A program made the position numbers and the translations under genes. Source: Salisapilia sapeloensis CBS 127946 (lineage: Eukaryota; Protista; Oomycota). Taken from it: a stretch of DNA of 64,000 nucleotides. The notes below the pieces were generated by a model, which worked only from the letters and a program-made list of their open reading frames with translations, was not told the origin of the DNA and ran no database searches. The stretch lies in the NCBI GenBank assembly GCA_023334545.1, contig JAADVB010000036.1:1-64000 (forward strand). Reading direction: 5' to 3'. This document shows positions 1 through 12,200 of this stretch, piece by piece; positions within the stretch are counted from its first letter, which is position 1, and each line of letters begins with the position of its first letter.

Positions 1-129
1 ACTCAGGTCTTGTTTACTCCAAGAACGTCATCAATATGCTGCAACTCTCACACAGATCGTGCTACAGCGAGCATGGTAATCGAAACCTCGATTTCACCAG
101 ATGATGGAGCACGAGAGGCAATTTAGACA

Positions 130-730
130 AAGAGCATGAAGTAACATCTTTACTGGCACCAATGATCACTTGTCTTTGTGCCATTCGTTCGTCGGGATAT
201 TTATATTGAAGTCTTTCATTAGGTTTCCAATGCCTAGTGGCAAAGCAAAATCGGCGATTCTCAGCGAACGTGGAATTGCCCGATTTAACTATCATGAATA
301 GAACTAGAAGAAGGTGCATTTTGTGATGTTACCGAATCGTTATTCAACGCGAATACAGTTTTAAAATTTACTCGCAATTCTAATCGACATAGAGCACCAT
401 GCAGCATTAGCCATAAGAGCCAAGTTGCACCATTAGTACCAATGCCCCAAACTTCATGGAAATCTGGGCGTACTTGAATTAAAGAGCTTATTATGCTTGA
501 CGATTGCATCTAGAAGTCGATAAGATGGTTGCCAAGGTTCCTTTGTCCTCAATCTTGATGCGCATACCTTGCTTCTTACCGTTCAACGACTGTAGCACTT
601 CGCCTAGCTGATAATCAGGTTAATCCTTTAATGAAAGTAATTCGACTCTACGATAGAAACTTTGGTAGCCGACAAATATGAACCCTCTTATTTGGCACCA
701 CGATTCAAATGTAAGCTACTCACCCGAAGC
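130..730 (-). CDS. Probable multi-exon hypothetical protein, both ends uncertain
   Basis: GT-AG splicing by eye gives an open peptide ...AEEIDAGLLR|LGEVLQSLN|DAIVKHNKLFNS|KLRVNFKTVFALNNDS|LNRAIPRSLRIADFALPLGIGNLMKDFNINIPTNEW. No family recognised; start and stop not resolved. Confidence 0.35.
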
Positions 731-1157
731 AAGCCAGCGTCAATCTCTTCCGCCCTGACAGTCAAAATGCTTCAACAGCAAAGACCTATCTACATGAGTA
801 ACAAAACTCCAGCTCAAAACATCAAATAGGCAAAACCAAACGCAATAATCCAAGAGTACACTCATCTGCATATATTTTCCAATCGCATCAAAATGTACAC
901 TTTTCTCTGCATGCCAATACCCAGTCCATTTTGTATACAGAGACATAAACGCGGGAAAAGATTCGTTCAAAATTCTCATCGCATTTCAAATCACCTCTGT
1001 GCACTATGATTGGTGGCATAAACTTCAAGTAATAAAAGCTCATTTATTGGACAAAACTAATACGTACTTGCACGGTGTTGGTCAAAATACTTTGCGCGTC
1101 GATCTGGCTCAGTATCGAATTTGAATCCACGAGCGAGACCACACACTTCCTAGCACC

Positions 1158-1538
1158 ATGTCTGACCTCCAGAAGCAGTTTGAGGACGCCGCCGCCCTCG
1201 TCAAGACGTTCACCAAAAGCCCCGTACGCCACGCCTTCAACTTTATATCCACACAATAACCTAAATATAAAATTGCTCTAGTCGGACACCGAGAAGCTCG
1301 AGCTCTATGCTCTCTACAAGCAGGCCACGGTCGGCGACAACAACACGTCCAAGCCTGGCATGTTCGACATGACCGGCAAGGCCAAGTGGAACGCCTGGGA
1401 AGAAAAGAAAGGTACCTTGTTTACTATATCATGTCAAAGCTCGTATCTGATGATGTCATACCCACAGGCATGTCGTCCGAAGATGCCATGACCAAGTACA
1501 TTGAGGAGGTCAACCGTCTTAAGGAGACATACGCCTAA
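1158..1538 (+). CDS. ACBP: Acyl-CoA-binding protein (3 exons: 1158-1223, 1282-1411, 1468-1538)
   Basis: Spliced product [88 protein letters not shown] has the ACBP signature [12 protein letters not shown]...KAKWNAW. Confidence 0.95.
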
Positions 1539-1727
1539 ACTGTTTCCGATTTGCATAACTGTCCATCAACGACAATCTGATCACGCAATGTGAAAACGAA
1601 ATAAAAAGCTTTTCCGTACCACATTCCACTGGACAATTTAAATGTATTTCCTCCTTGTCATGTAAGCTACCGATGTGCAGTAAAAGAAGGTGATAAAATA
1701 CGCTACGAGTATCACATCCTATGCCAT

Positions 1728-3314
1728 CTACTGCCTCAGCACTCTTCGATCGATCTTGGCTTCCATACGTGCGACGTCCGTCATGAGCTTATTCAATTGC
1801 GTCGAGTGCTCTCCGATGGTATTCGACAGCTCAATCTGTTGTGCAGCTAATTGCTGCTGTGTCTCTGTGTTCTGCGTTAGCAGTTTCATCAGTAGTACTT
1901 CCATTTGCTCGCCCATGCCAGCCTTGGAAGCTGCCAGTCTCGTCTCCTCTTGATTCGACTGAGGCGCTTGGGATGACGTGACGAGAGACGAGTTGGATGC
2001 AGACGACATGACAGAGGGCATGGATGACGTCGGTGCGATCGAAGCGCATTCGTCCAACTTACAAGTCTTGTTCTTTGCCGGCGCCTTCTCTTCCAAGTCT
2101 TTCGGTCGAGGAAGACTCTCCGCCGCGGCACGTGCCAATCGCTCTAGGATCGCTAGGAAGCATGACTCTCGAGGTCGAGTGTCCAATACAAACACCGATC
2201 CGACAGCATGACCTGTAGTTGGGTCTAGGATCGGTGCTGAAGCGTAGAAGCGAACTTCAGCAGCACCAAGTACGAGTGGATTCGTGGCAAATCGTTCATC
2301 TTGGAGGGTGTCCAGGACAGCAATGGACTCTTTCAGTGGAATCACATGGGCACACAAGGAGATTTTGCGTGGAATGACTTTGTGGGCAAGTCCAGCCGTG
2401 GCTTTAAACCACTGTCGATGCTCGTCGAGGAAGCTGACGGCCGCCATCGGACACCCGAGTCGAGCTTTTGCCAATTCACAAATCATGTCGAAAGGCTTTT
2501 CTGGTGCCGTGTCCAGGATTTGAAGATTCATTAGCGCTTGCAGACGCTCTGGTTCATCATCAGTCATAGGAGGCTTGGGCCATGGGTGCATCCATTCATC
2601 CTCATCCTCTTCCTTGGAAACGGCGACGGACTCCTTGCGCTGGTTCGACTCATCGGTGCGAGAGTCGAAGCGATTCGTATGAGCAAAGACACTGAGGCCA
2701 CCGATGGAACCTCCATCACTTGTGCAGTACGAGTCTTGGTAGTTGCGTAGTTGACGTAGTAACTCTGCTTCCGGTTCCTCTTCCTCCAACTCGTTTCGTC
2801 CTGATGGGGGCGAGTGCAAGTGGGAACGGACCCACTCTTGAGACTGCTCCGTCGGAGACGCCGACTGTGGCGAGTACGACGTCGACATCTTCTGAGAGTG
2901 TGTATGCGTGAACAGGCACGAGATACAAACACGGACACGAGTTTGTCCGATGGATGGTAACATGGCGTTCTTATGGAGCGTACAATTGCTGCAGACGACT
3001 TCACCACACTAGAGGGCAGTTGTAAGATCGGATCGTAAAGATAGAAGAGGGAAGCAAGTTACCATGCGACAGTGGTGCTTCCGACGGAAGGCTCCAAATG
3101 TCCGTGTACAGACATAGCAAAGACATCGTTCGTGATCCGCGACCCAGTCAGCAGGATCCACGAGGTGCTGGATGAGCACGTCGGAATTGGGCGGCGATGT
3201 CGTACGAGGCATGTTTACTTCGACGTGTGATCTGTCGAGCAATTCGCGAAATGAGCTCCTTGATCGGGCGATTGCAAAAGGAACGAGTCGGTCATCTGAA
3301 CTTACTTGAACCAT
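1728..3314 (-). CDS. FYVE zinc finger + GAF domain protein with C-terminal coiled coil (2 exons, intron 3009-3062)
   Basis: WVAD...CYVCTRTFGAFRRKHHCRM|CGEVVCSNC...RVCISC is a complete FYVE finger after splicing. EPERLQAL...ILDT...RQWFKA...DERFATNPLV...RFYASAPI...GSVFVLDTRPR is a GAF domain. Confidence 0.9.
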
Positions 3315-3387
3315 TGGAACATTAGGCGATTGCGATAGACTCCTCTCTCCATGTTACATTCGAAAACGAGTCTCTAGCCGGAGAAGT

Positions 3388-4957
3388 ATGGAAGAACAGA
3401 ATCGACTTACAAGTAGAAAAAATAAACAGTACAGTTCCTGCATGACGTTATTGTTCGTGCGACTCTGCTAGACATCTATTTCTACCTTGAAGCCACCACA
3501 GCCTCTCAAGATTCTCCCAGTCCGTCACGCACAATGTTCCGTCTGTGGGAAATCGTCGTCTCTGCGGTTGCCATCACCAGCGCGACATTCCTCACCCACC
3601 CTCTCCTATCCAGTCTACTCTCAGCCATTCGTGCCCGTGTTGGCAAGAGCTTTCAGTACGTACCGCGATGTATCGCACAAACAATCAGAATTTAACCCAG
3701 CTACAGATGGCTCGGTGACGTCCAGCGCTACGTTCTCGTCTCTTTTTCATGGCTGCTCATCACGCTCGTATGGCGCTTTTCGCTTTTAAATATCATCGGT
3801 CTAGCAAAATATGACATCGCCGTGGACTGCATGAACTTCGTGTCGGCCGTTCCACTCGTCATTGCGACGTTCGCGATGCGCCGAGTTATCACGAATGTAC
3901 GACTATACTTCCTCCTTTCTTCTATCGGAGCAACCGTCCTGACATTAATCGAAAAAGGTTCTCGTTCGTAGGTTCGAGTGGGACCGAGACGCTTCCGACT
4001 ATGACGTCCGGATATTCATCTTGACTGAAACGACTACAGTACGTCTTCCCCTGCGTTTCCATTTCCTACCCTTCGACTCATATCAGTCTAGTTTTTCTGC
4101 CTCGTTGCAATCGTCATCGAGATCTTCTACATCTTTTTTGCATCAAGCGAAATCGCTAGCTTTATCCTCTTTGACCTCCTTCTTTCCATTGAATTTCTAG
4201 CACTAGTCGGCGGATACACTATGGTACGTCTCCTTTCCATCGATTGAATATTTCTCGACCGCAAGTAACTTTTGGAACAACGAAAAGCTCAAGAACATGG
4301 GCATCGGACTCTTCCTCATGTTTGCCGAACCTTTTCGCACCGGTAGTTTCTGCTGCGTGCAGGGCATGGCTGGATACATTGACAAAGTATCGCTGCCTCG
4401 CACGGTCATGCGGCGTCGAGATGGCTCGCGCGTCTACATTCCTAACGGCATCTTCGCCGACTCGTACCAAGTGACGCGAGACGAGGCGGATACATATACC
4501 TGCAACTTTCTCATCCGTGTCGATCCGAGCACGCCTGCAGACAGCTTACAGCGACTCGTCGAGAAACTTCAGATCGACTTGCTAGAGATCGCAGAATCTG
4601 TGCCTGCAAGTGCAGTCTCCACTTCCGGCGTGAGCGCCAGCGAAGCGATGACGACGCCACGTTCGATCCGAGCGAGTAACTATAGCTTCCTTAGTCATGC
4701 GGAAACCTTGCCGGAAGAGAAAACACTACGTGTCTACTTGTTTTCCATGTACACGATCAAAGTAGCCGTGAGCTTAGACAAGGACAAGTTCACATCCGTC
4801 GAAGAAGCAAAGACAGAGGTGCGTTCATATCCATCATATCACGAGTACAAGCATCAAGTACTCACTAGTATACAATTATATTAAATGGTAGATGAACTTT
4901 ATAATCATCAAAGTCATGGAGACGCTCCAGATCCAGTCGAGTGCAGCGTATGCCTAG
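3388..4957 (+). CDS. MscS-like mechanosensitive channel, paralog 1 (multi-exon)
   Basis: Hydrophobic N-terminal exons, then LFLMFAEPFRTGSFCCVQGMAGYIDKVSLPRTVMRRRDGSRVYIPNG (MscS beta-domain pattern). Last exon MNFIIIKVMETLQIQSSAAYA* ends at 4957. 5' exons assembled by eye. Confidence 0.7.
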
Positions 4958-4967
4958 TACTCCCTCG

Positions 4968-6620
4968 TCATCCCTCTTCACCTGCAGACTGCTGTCGTCG
5001 ACGTCGGACGCCACTACGATACAAGCTCTCGGACGGAATTCGCTCGCTAGTGTACTGTGTCGTATCGCTTCGAGCATCCTCATCTACCTCCCGACTCGGC
5101 ACGCCAGACGCACTGACCGGCAGTCGTGGTCGGTCAAGTGGACTGGAACTATGCCCCACCTCTTGGACGTTAATTCCATTCGTTTCCAAGACATCTAGGA
5201 CCTCGAGCACCGTCTATACATGATAAATCGCTTAGTCTAGATCAGTCTACAAGCACAGTCGATCGATCGTACACTTGTCTTTTCGTTTAAAAACTGTTTG
5301 ATATGACGCTCTTGGGAGAAGTACACGACGTGGACGATGTATGGTGCCACGACACTGACCCAGAACCCAGTGCTAGACCCGTGGTTGCTTCTCTTGTTCT
5401 GAGCTAGCCTGGACTGCTCATACACGCGGAAGAGGTCCCATCCACCCTGTGGACGTGTATCGAGAGCAAGCGCAGTGCTCTTCCTCTTGGTCAGCTGACC
5501 ATGCTGCCATTGATTTAAGTTATTGTCAAGTGTCTGGATGATGTCTCGGATCTGACTGGACGTCGTGCCATGATGCAAGTGGATGGAGACAATGCACTTG
5601 CGATCGAGCATCTTAGTACGAACCTCCAGTGCGTTCTCTAACAACAATCCATTCGGGATATACACAAGACTCTTATCGTACTTTCGAAGGGAAAAGCTTT
5701 GGAGATAAATACGCTCCACGACACCTTCATGACCTTTAAAACGTACGTGAAGACCGGAACGAAGCTGCTCATCCAGCATTGCCATGAGTCCACCCATGAT
5801 ATTCTTGAGCTAGATCGTATTAGAGGATGGACTTGAGGATCATAAGACATCAAACGTACCCATGAATGACCACCTAAGAGAACGACGAGCTCTACTACAA
5901 GCACTGCGACGGTGGAAATGTCGGAAGAATTGTACTTGGAGATTTGTCCGATCTCATTCACCATAAAGGTCGAGACGACCGTGACAACCAAAAGGACTTT
6001 AATCACCTACACTGGATGTTAGATATGAAGAGAGAGAGAGGACGTTAGTAGACGTACGCTAATCCCTTCCGTAATGATCATAGCGCGACTATAGTCATCG
6101 TCATCCTTGTTCGCGGCACGGTTCCACCCTTTCCATCGCACGATCCCCTAGTAGATCCTACCATGAGCATGCACTCTAGACTTGTACTAGGCGTACGTAC
6201 CCAAGTGATGTAGTTGCAGAGACACACGACGGTCCAAACGAGCGGAATGCCGAGTAGAATTTTCGTCGCACTGTCGATCATATCATTATCGACGCTCAAG
6301 AGCGAAGCCAAGGTCATGGTGTAGAAGCTGCCCCATGCTAATAAGACAAAAACGACCCACGAGAGCGGTCGAAGAAGGTTTTTCTCAAACTCTTTGATCC
6401 ACACCTGCATGCTCTGGAAGACTCGACTCGCCAGTCGGAGCGTGAACCGGACAACCTCGACACGCAGCAAAAACGAGATCACGAGCAGGATGAGACCTAG
6501 GACGATACGCCACTCATCTCCTCGACTTGAAGACCCATAGTATGCTTCAGCACTCTCGCTGCCAGCACTATCATCGCCGACGCTAGCGCCATCACTCCCA
6601 CTAGCGCTCCGAGAGGACAT
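4968..6620 (-). CDS. MscS-like mechanosensitive channel, paralog 2 (multi-exon)
   Basis: TM helices (EWRIVLGLILLVISFLL..., LSWVVFVLLAWGSF...), then GLHVRFKGHEGVVERIYLQSFSLRKYDKSLVYIPNG. Final exon is ORF 4968-5210. Confidence 0.75.
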
Positions 6621-6674
6621 TTTCAATAGTGAAATCAAGTTAAAACACGAATGAGCACACTTAAAGACAAGAAT

Positions 6675-8184
6675 ATGACCGAGGAACCACTGCATCGGTT
6701 TATTACCTCTCATGCAGACATCGTTGATGTACATGACTCTATCGATCCATTGGCAGCATTGCCAGAGGTCTATGGTGATAATGATCGAACGATATCGGCG
6801 ATAAAAGACGTTGAAAAGGCCCAAAGCTTAGTCACGCTCCGGCGTGGGAGCTACTTGAATGGCTCCGAGTGGCGAAAGTCACTCCAGGAGAGTCATCCAG
6901 AGGCTTATGAACCCCTTCTCAAGGAACTTGAGACCAAGTCTCTCTCTCCAACTGTGCAAACGGTTGTTGCGCTATTGGCTGAATGCAGCAAAGAGGAGAG
7001 TGCCTACCAAAGCTACATTAATCAGCTCCCAGCTTCTGTCCCACTACCACTGACTTGGACACAAGAACAACAAGACAAGCTACGACCCACTGCTGCGTAG
7101 GCTTCCATACTTCTAGTTCTTTACAGTTGTACGGGTGTAATGGAGATGATCTAGACACTTGCTCATGGATAGTGATCTCGTCCAGAGCCTGTACGCCACG
7201 TTTGCGTCTCCACTCATGTCCAAGTTTCCATCCGTCTGGACGGAAGAGTATAGGACACTGGACAAATTTCAATGGGCATATACCATCGTTTCATCACGGT
7301 AGACCTCTATCTACTCTAACACGGAAGTGGAATCGAATAACCATCCGATGGATAATAGAGCCTTCCAGCCTAGTGGTATATCGGATCCGACTCTTCTACC
7401 GCTCATTGATATGGCCAACCATGATCCGGATGAGCCTACGGCAGAGATTCAAGCCACTGACGACAGTAGCTTCCAGGTTCGTCTCATATCCATCCGAGTA
7501 GATCGCAAGTGAAGTAGACACTTATATCTCTTGTAGCTAGTAGCTTTACAGCATGTAGCTACAGGAAAGCCAGTGACCATCTCATACGGAGACTTGTCTA
7601 ATGCAGAGGTACACAATCATCTTGCACCTATAACCCTCCCCACACACATGAAGGAACTAAACTACTTTCTTGTGTAGCTCTTGTGCAAATATGGCTTCGT
7701 GCTGTCGACGCCATTGCCATCGGATGTCGTCATCGTCTCAAGTAGTGAGCTATTTGCGACTTATAATATCGTCGCTGGTGAGGAAATGCTTCAAGCTGAG
7801 GATGCTCCACCTCGAAAGAAACAAAGAGTAAAGGGCAAAGGAAAACGAAAAGGAAAGCAGAAAGCAAAGGCACGGCATGAAGATGACGGAGTCGTCTTCC
7901 GACTCCATAGTGATGCTGAAAAGGAATATGGACTGGCAGACGGTATCGTGGATTACATCACCGAAAAGAATTGGCCTCTAGAGGCACTGGAAGAAGCGCT
8001 TACGCTCTTGTTGCGAAGTAAGGATAAAGAGTACAGTGAAGCATTGGAATCGACTGCCGAAAGCGATATCGACCATCAAGTCCAAACGATCCTCACACAC
8101 GAGCGTTCTATCTGCCGACGCATACTACTCGGTCTACTATCCCTCGAGGAGGAAAGTAGCTCCGAAGGAGAGCAGGATGACTAG
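6675..8184 (+). CDS. SET-domain lysine methyltransferase, SETD6/Rubisco-LSMT-like (5 exons; alternative ATG at 6651)
   Basis: Spliced motifs FQWAYTIVSSRAF, LLPLIDMANH and VTISYGDLSNAELLCKYGF are typical of this SET subfamily. Confidence 0.85.
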
Positions 8185-8400
8185 CAAGCTTGTACCTCCA
8201 AAGAACCAATCTAGAAAAGTATCCTTTCCAACCAATGAGCATGCAGATAGAGATTTTTTAAAGTATTATCAAATCAAGATGCATAAATTGATATGTTGCA
8301 GCTTATCCACCAATAAAAATAGTCTTGTCGAATGGTTGGCTGCTGAGTTTGTGCTCTTGGCCTCGGAGCTCATCTCCAGTATCTCTTCTCGAGCACCAAG

Positions 8401-9148
8401 AGTACGTCTACGCTCTGCCTTGCGTCGATATCGTTCCCAATCTAATGTATATGTCCTGTAGTGAAATTCAACACGGCCGTCTCCTCGTCTCGCCGCAAGG
8501 CACGCAAGGCACACTTCTCTGCGCACTCGACCCAGCGTCGTGTGCTCATGAGCGCCAACCTCTCCAAGGACCTGCAGAGCAAGTACAATGTAAGTTAGTG
8601 GTTCCGTCCTGCTTTGGGCACCCACTTCTTTCTTTTGGCGTGTAAGTCCATGTCAGTTCGGACCTTCCTCCACTGGCACTTCATGGCATCGTACCTGTTG
8701 TCGACGTAAGTGCGTCTCCTTGTCCATTGTCTGTCGTGCTCTTCGAGCACGATGATAGAGGAGCAGCATGGAGTTGGTCGGTTATGACTGGCGACCTACA
8801 CTGCCACCCACTGTCGTGAATTAAAATGCTCATCTATATTTCCTATCTCAGGTCCGCTCGATGCCGATCCGCAAGGAGGACGAAGTTACGGTTGTCCGTG
8901 GCTCCTACAAGGGCCGTGAGGGTCGTGTGACCTCGGTCTACCGTAAGAAGTTCGTCATCCACGTCGAACGTGTCGTTCGCGAGAAGGCCAACGGTGCCGC
9001 CGTCCCGGTTGGCATCGATGCTTCCAAGGTCATCATCACCAAGCTCAAGCTTGACAAGGACCGCAAGAAGATCTTGGAGCGCAAGAGCCGCTCTGGCGAG
9101 AAGGCCAAGTTCACCGAACAGGACGTCGCCATGGCCAACGTCGACTAA
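8401..9148 (+). CDS. RPL26: 60S ribosomal protein L26 (uL24); coding exons 8401, 8462-8589, 8852-9148
   Basis: [43 protein letters not shown]|[41 protein letters not shown]. The start codon is formed as A|TG across intron 8402-8461. Confidence 0.95.
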
Positions 9149-9277
9149 GTATGCCAATGGTTTAGCGAGATGGTAGCTTGATCAGCTTCACAATTTGTTA
9201 ATCTGGTGGAATACAAAGCTCGAACGAGAAGAGATATGATATCTCCAATGTTTTATAGTTCTTTAGACTCTCGTCTA

Positions 9278-12200
9278 TTAGGAAAGTTTCTGTAGCTCTT
9301 CTGCTATCATATTCCGTAGCGATCGTGCTGGTTGATCGGAGGCCAGCTCGACGAGTAATCGGATGAAGTCAGCTTCACGTTCTTCGTGTTCTTGCAGAGC
9401 TAATGCCTGGGTTTCTAGACGCTGCACGAGTTGGATAGTTGCGGGAACTAAATGTGGTGCTGATCGTTTCACACCAGTTCGAACTTCATTCGCTACGGTC
9501 TGCAGGTCCCTTTGTTTTACATTGTCTTCGTAGTACTCGTCATCTTCCTTTATCGTCGGTTTCTTTAGTTGTTGACCGTGTTTCTTCATAAAGGTGGCTA
9601 GCATTTCAGACTTGTCGCGTTTCTAAAGAGCAAGTGAGCATTCTACTCTTTCATCTAGTGGGTCAAATAGCACTCTACCTTGTCGATAGAAGCGATGTGT
9701 GCCCTACAAGATTCCAATTGAGCAGCATACTCGTTCTTTTCTGCTGCTAAGCTTTCGTTTTCTTCATTTAATTGTCTGATTTGGTCTTCTAAAGTCTGAT
9801 ACTCTGCTACCAAACGCTGTGTTTGTAGACGCGTGGTCACCAGCTCCTTCTCCTTTCCGGCGAGCTCCCTAGACTCAGTAGCAAGTATGGAAATCAATAC
9901 CAAGTAGATCATATCAGAGTAATAGTTATCTACCTAGACACTTTCTCCAGTCGCTTTGTTGACTCGGACGCGACTTTGCTGTTGACTTGGAAATGTCGTT
10001 CTCTCCGTCGATAATCAGCTAGCTGCTTCTCCATTGCGTTCCGCTCTTCAATTGCGGCTTGATACTTCTTACGCAGCTCAGCACTACCACTTCCTCGACT
10101 CGAGGCCGAGGGCTCAGCTAGCTAGTACGTCATGGAAACCTTGGCGTTAAAATGCATCGACCGTTAGAAAAAGGATCTGATCAAAGTGCAAACCTGTAGT
10201 TCAAGCGCAACATTTCGTGATCGAGCAGCGTTTAAACCACTTTGTAGCGTCTTGATTTCTTGTTCGTACTGCTCAAAGATCTTCGACGGCACGGCCGACT
10301 GATGTTGCAACGCCCGCAGTTTTTGACGTAACCTTAAGTAGGAGAGCTTAAAGTCTTCCATTTGAAGCTCATATCGCGTACGCCCTTCCTCCATTGCTCG
10401 TTCAGCTTCTACAGCTCGTTCTTCTGCGTCTTCTTGCTGTCGTTGCTGATCCTGCACGACTGACAGCAAGGTTTGATAATTCTTACGGAGTAAATTTGCT
10501 TCCTGAGCCTTGACTTTTGCAGCCGTTTCCGCATCCAAGCCACTCACATCGGGGGGAGCTGGAACCTTGGACGGTATATTTGCCTCATATAACGCTGACT
10601 TTACATCACGCCTGGTTCTTGTGAGCTCCTTTGAAGGCGAGTATGGTGGAGCTGGTGGTGGCTGCTCATTATCATCTACAGGCGCACTCTCTGGGCCCTG
10701 ATCATTACCAAGACCACCGTTCGAGCTTACAAGTGGACCCTGATGATCTATTGCTTGACCTGGTGGTGGAGATGCCATACCCCAAGAAGAGCTATCAGAA
10801 TTATCGGATACTTCTTTGTCTTCTGAATAGTTTGTGCAATACTGCTTGCGACTTGATGCTGCATCTTCGGTAGGTGATTCTATCGCCGCTTGATGGATTA
10901 GGCGCAATAGCTCATTCCGATCCCAAAGCGAATGATCTTCATGCCCATCATCTTTGTTACCACCAGCTAAAAGATGGGCACCATCCAGTAGTTCCCCTTC
11001 TTGTGTGCACGGAATGAACAAGGATTCTTCAATTGCAGCAAGTGTGTCATTCGGAGCCATCTCAGTTGGCATGCAACGACGTACGGCATCGGTAGGTGGA
11101 GAACCACCGAGAATACTGTTTCTGCGCTGGGAATAGGACTCTAACCAGCTCATTGTCGACGATGGACTGATCTCAGACTTGGACATTTCCTTGACACTAC
11201 CATGTAAGTCGCTAGTAGAGTGCTGAGTAGGCAATTGAAATGATCGTTTACAAGGTGCTTCATGCTCTGCCCGGGGGTTTGATTCCGTCATGCTTCCAGG
11301 AGCTGTACTTGGTCTACAGAGTATATCGAACGTTGGAGTTTCAAATCCCAAGTCTGCAAAAGAGAGACCTCCCCGAATGTGACACTTACATACATAGCCT
11401 CGTACGGCAACTAGTGCATCCAATAGTTGTTTACTTTCATTCAAGCTTGGTCTGTAGTCGACGACGTTGACAAAGACAAAGTTTTGAAAGTTCATTGTCA
11501 ACAATGGTCGAAGAAATTTACTCAGCATCGTACAGTCATGGACTGAAGATGGCGGTGCTAAAGGGCCATTAACTTTATCTGTATCTGAAGTTGCGTGATG
11601 AGATAAGCTGCTTCCTGCATTCATATTCAAGAATAAGTTGTATAGTTCATCTTTCTCTTGAATCGAAATTGGTTCTTGAAACTCTTTCGCGTCCACCACA
11701 TCCACGAGATGTAACATACTGATCTGACCGTGATGAAAGACGGAGAGTCGAAAGAAGAAATGGGCATGATCAGCAGTACCTTTTTGTATAATCCGATTCG
11801 TCTTTGCTAGTTGAAGGATCGACATGGCTGTCGATAACGAATCAGCATGAAGTGTAGTAAAAGTAAAAGGATTCCTAGTCACCCCTGTGTCTTGCTGTGA
11901 AGCTTTAGAGGAGTAAAAGAGATCTTTGACAGTATTGTTCACGACGATCCAACTACTTAGTCCTAGCTGCAAGTTACCGTCAGGTACCATGCCAAATACC
12001 TCTTGCAGGACTCGTCCACATTGACCAAAGAGGTCAAACATAGTCTCTAAATCCAATTTCTGTCGTATCGCCTCCGCAGATCCTGTGCTCTTCCCAAACA
12101 ACAATCGAAACTTCTGCGTCGGGTGGACACCACAAGCAATGACGTTCGAGTTTATCCCTCGCACAGCATTCTCCACCGCTGGTGCAGTCACTCTTTCAAA

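Noticed and set aside
6621-6824. Upstream extension of the MscS-like 2 ORF to ATG 6824
   Set aside because: It overlaps the SET gene antisense and has non-protein-like composition; ATG 6620 is the more plausible start.
8219-8227. GTATCCTTT, a perfect U12-type 5' splice-site consensus between the SET gene and RPL26
   Set aside because: No TCCTTAAC-like branch site or plausible acceptor follows, and neither flanking gene model needs an intron here.
8750-8815. Box C/D or H/ACA snoRNA inside RPL26 intron 2
   Set aside because: The C-box is only partial (ATGATAG), no CTGA D-box follows, and ACA spacing does not fit H/ACA geometry. Kept only as a possibility within the intron finding.
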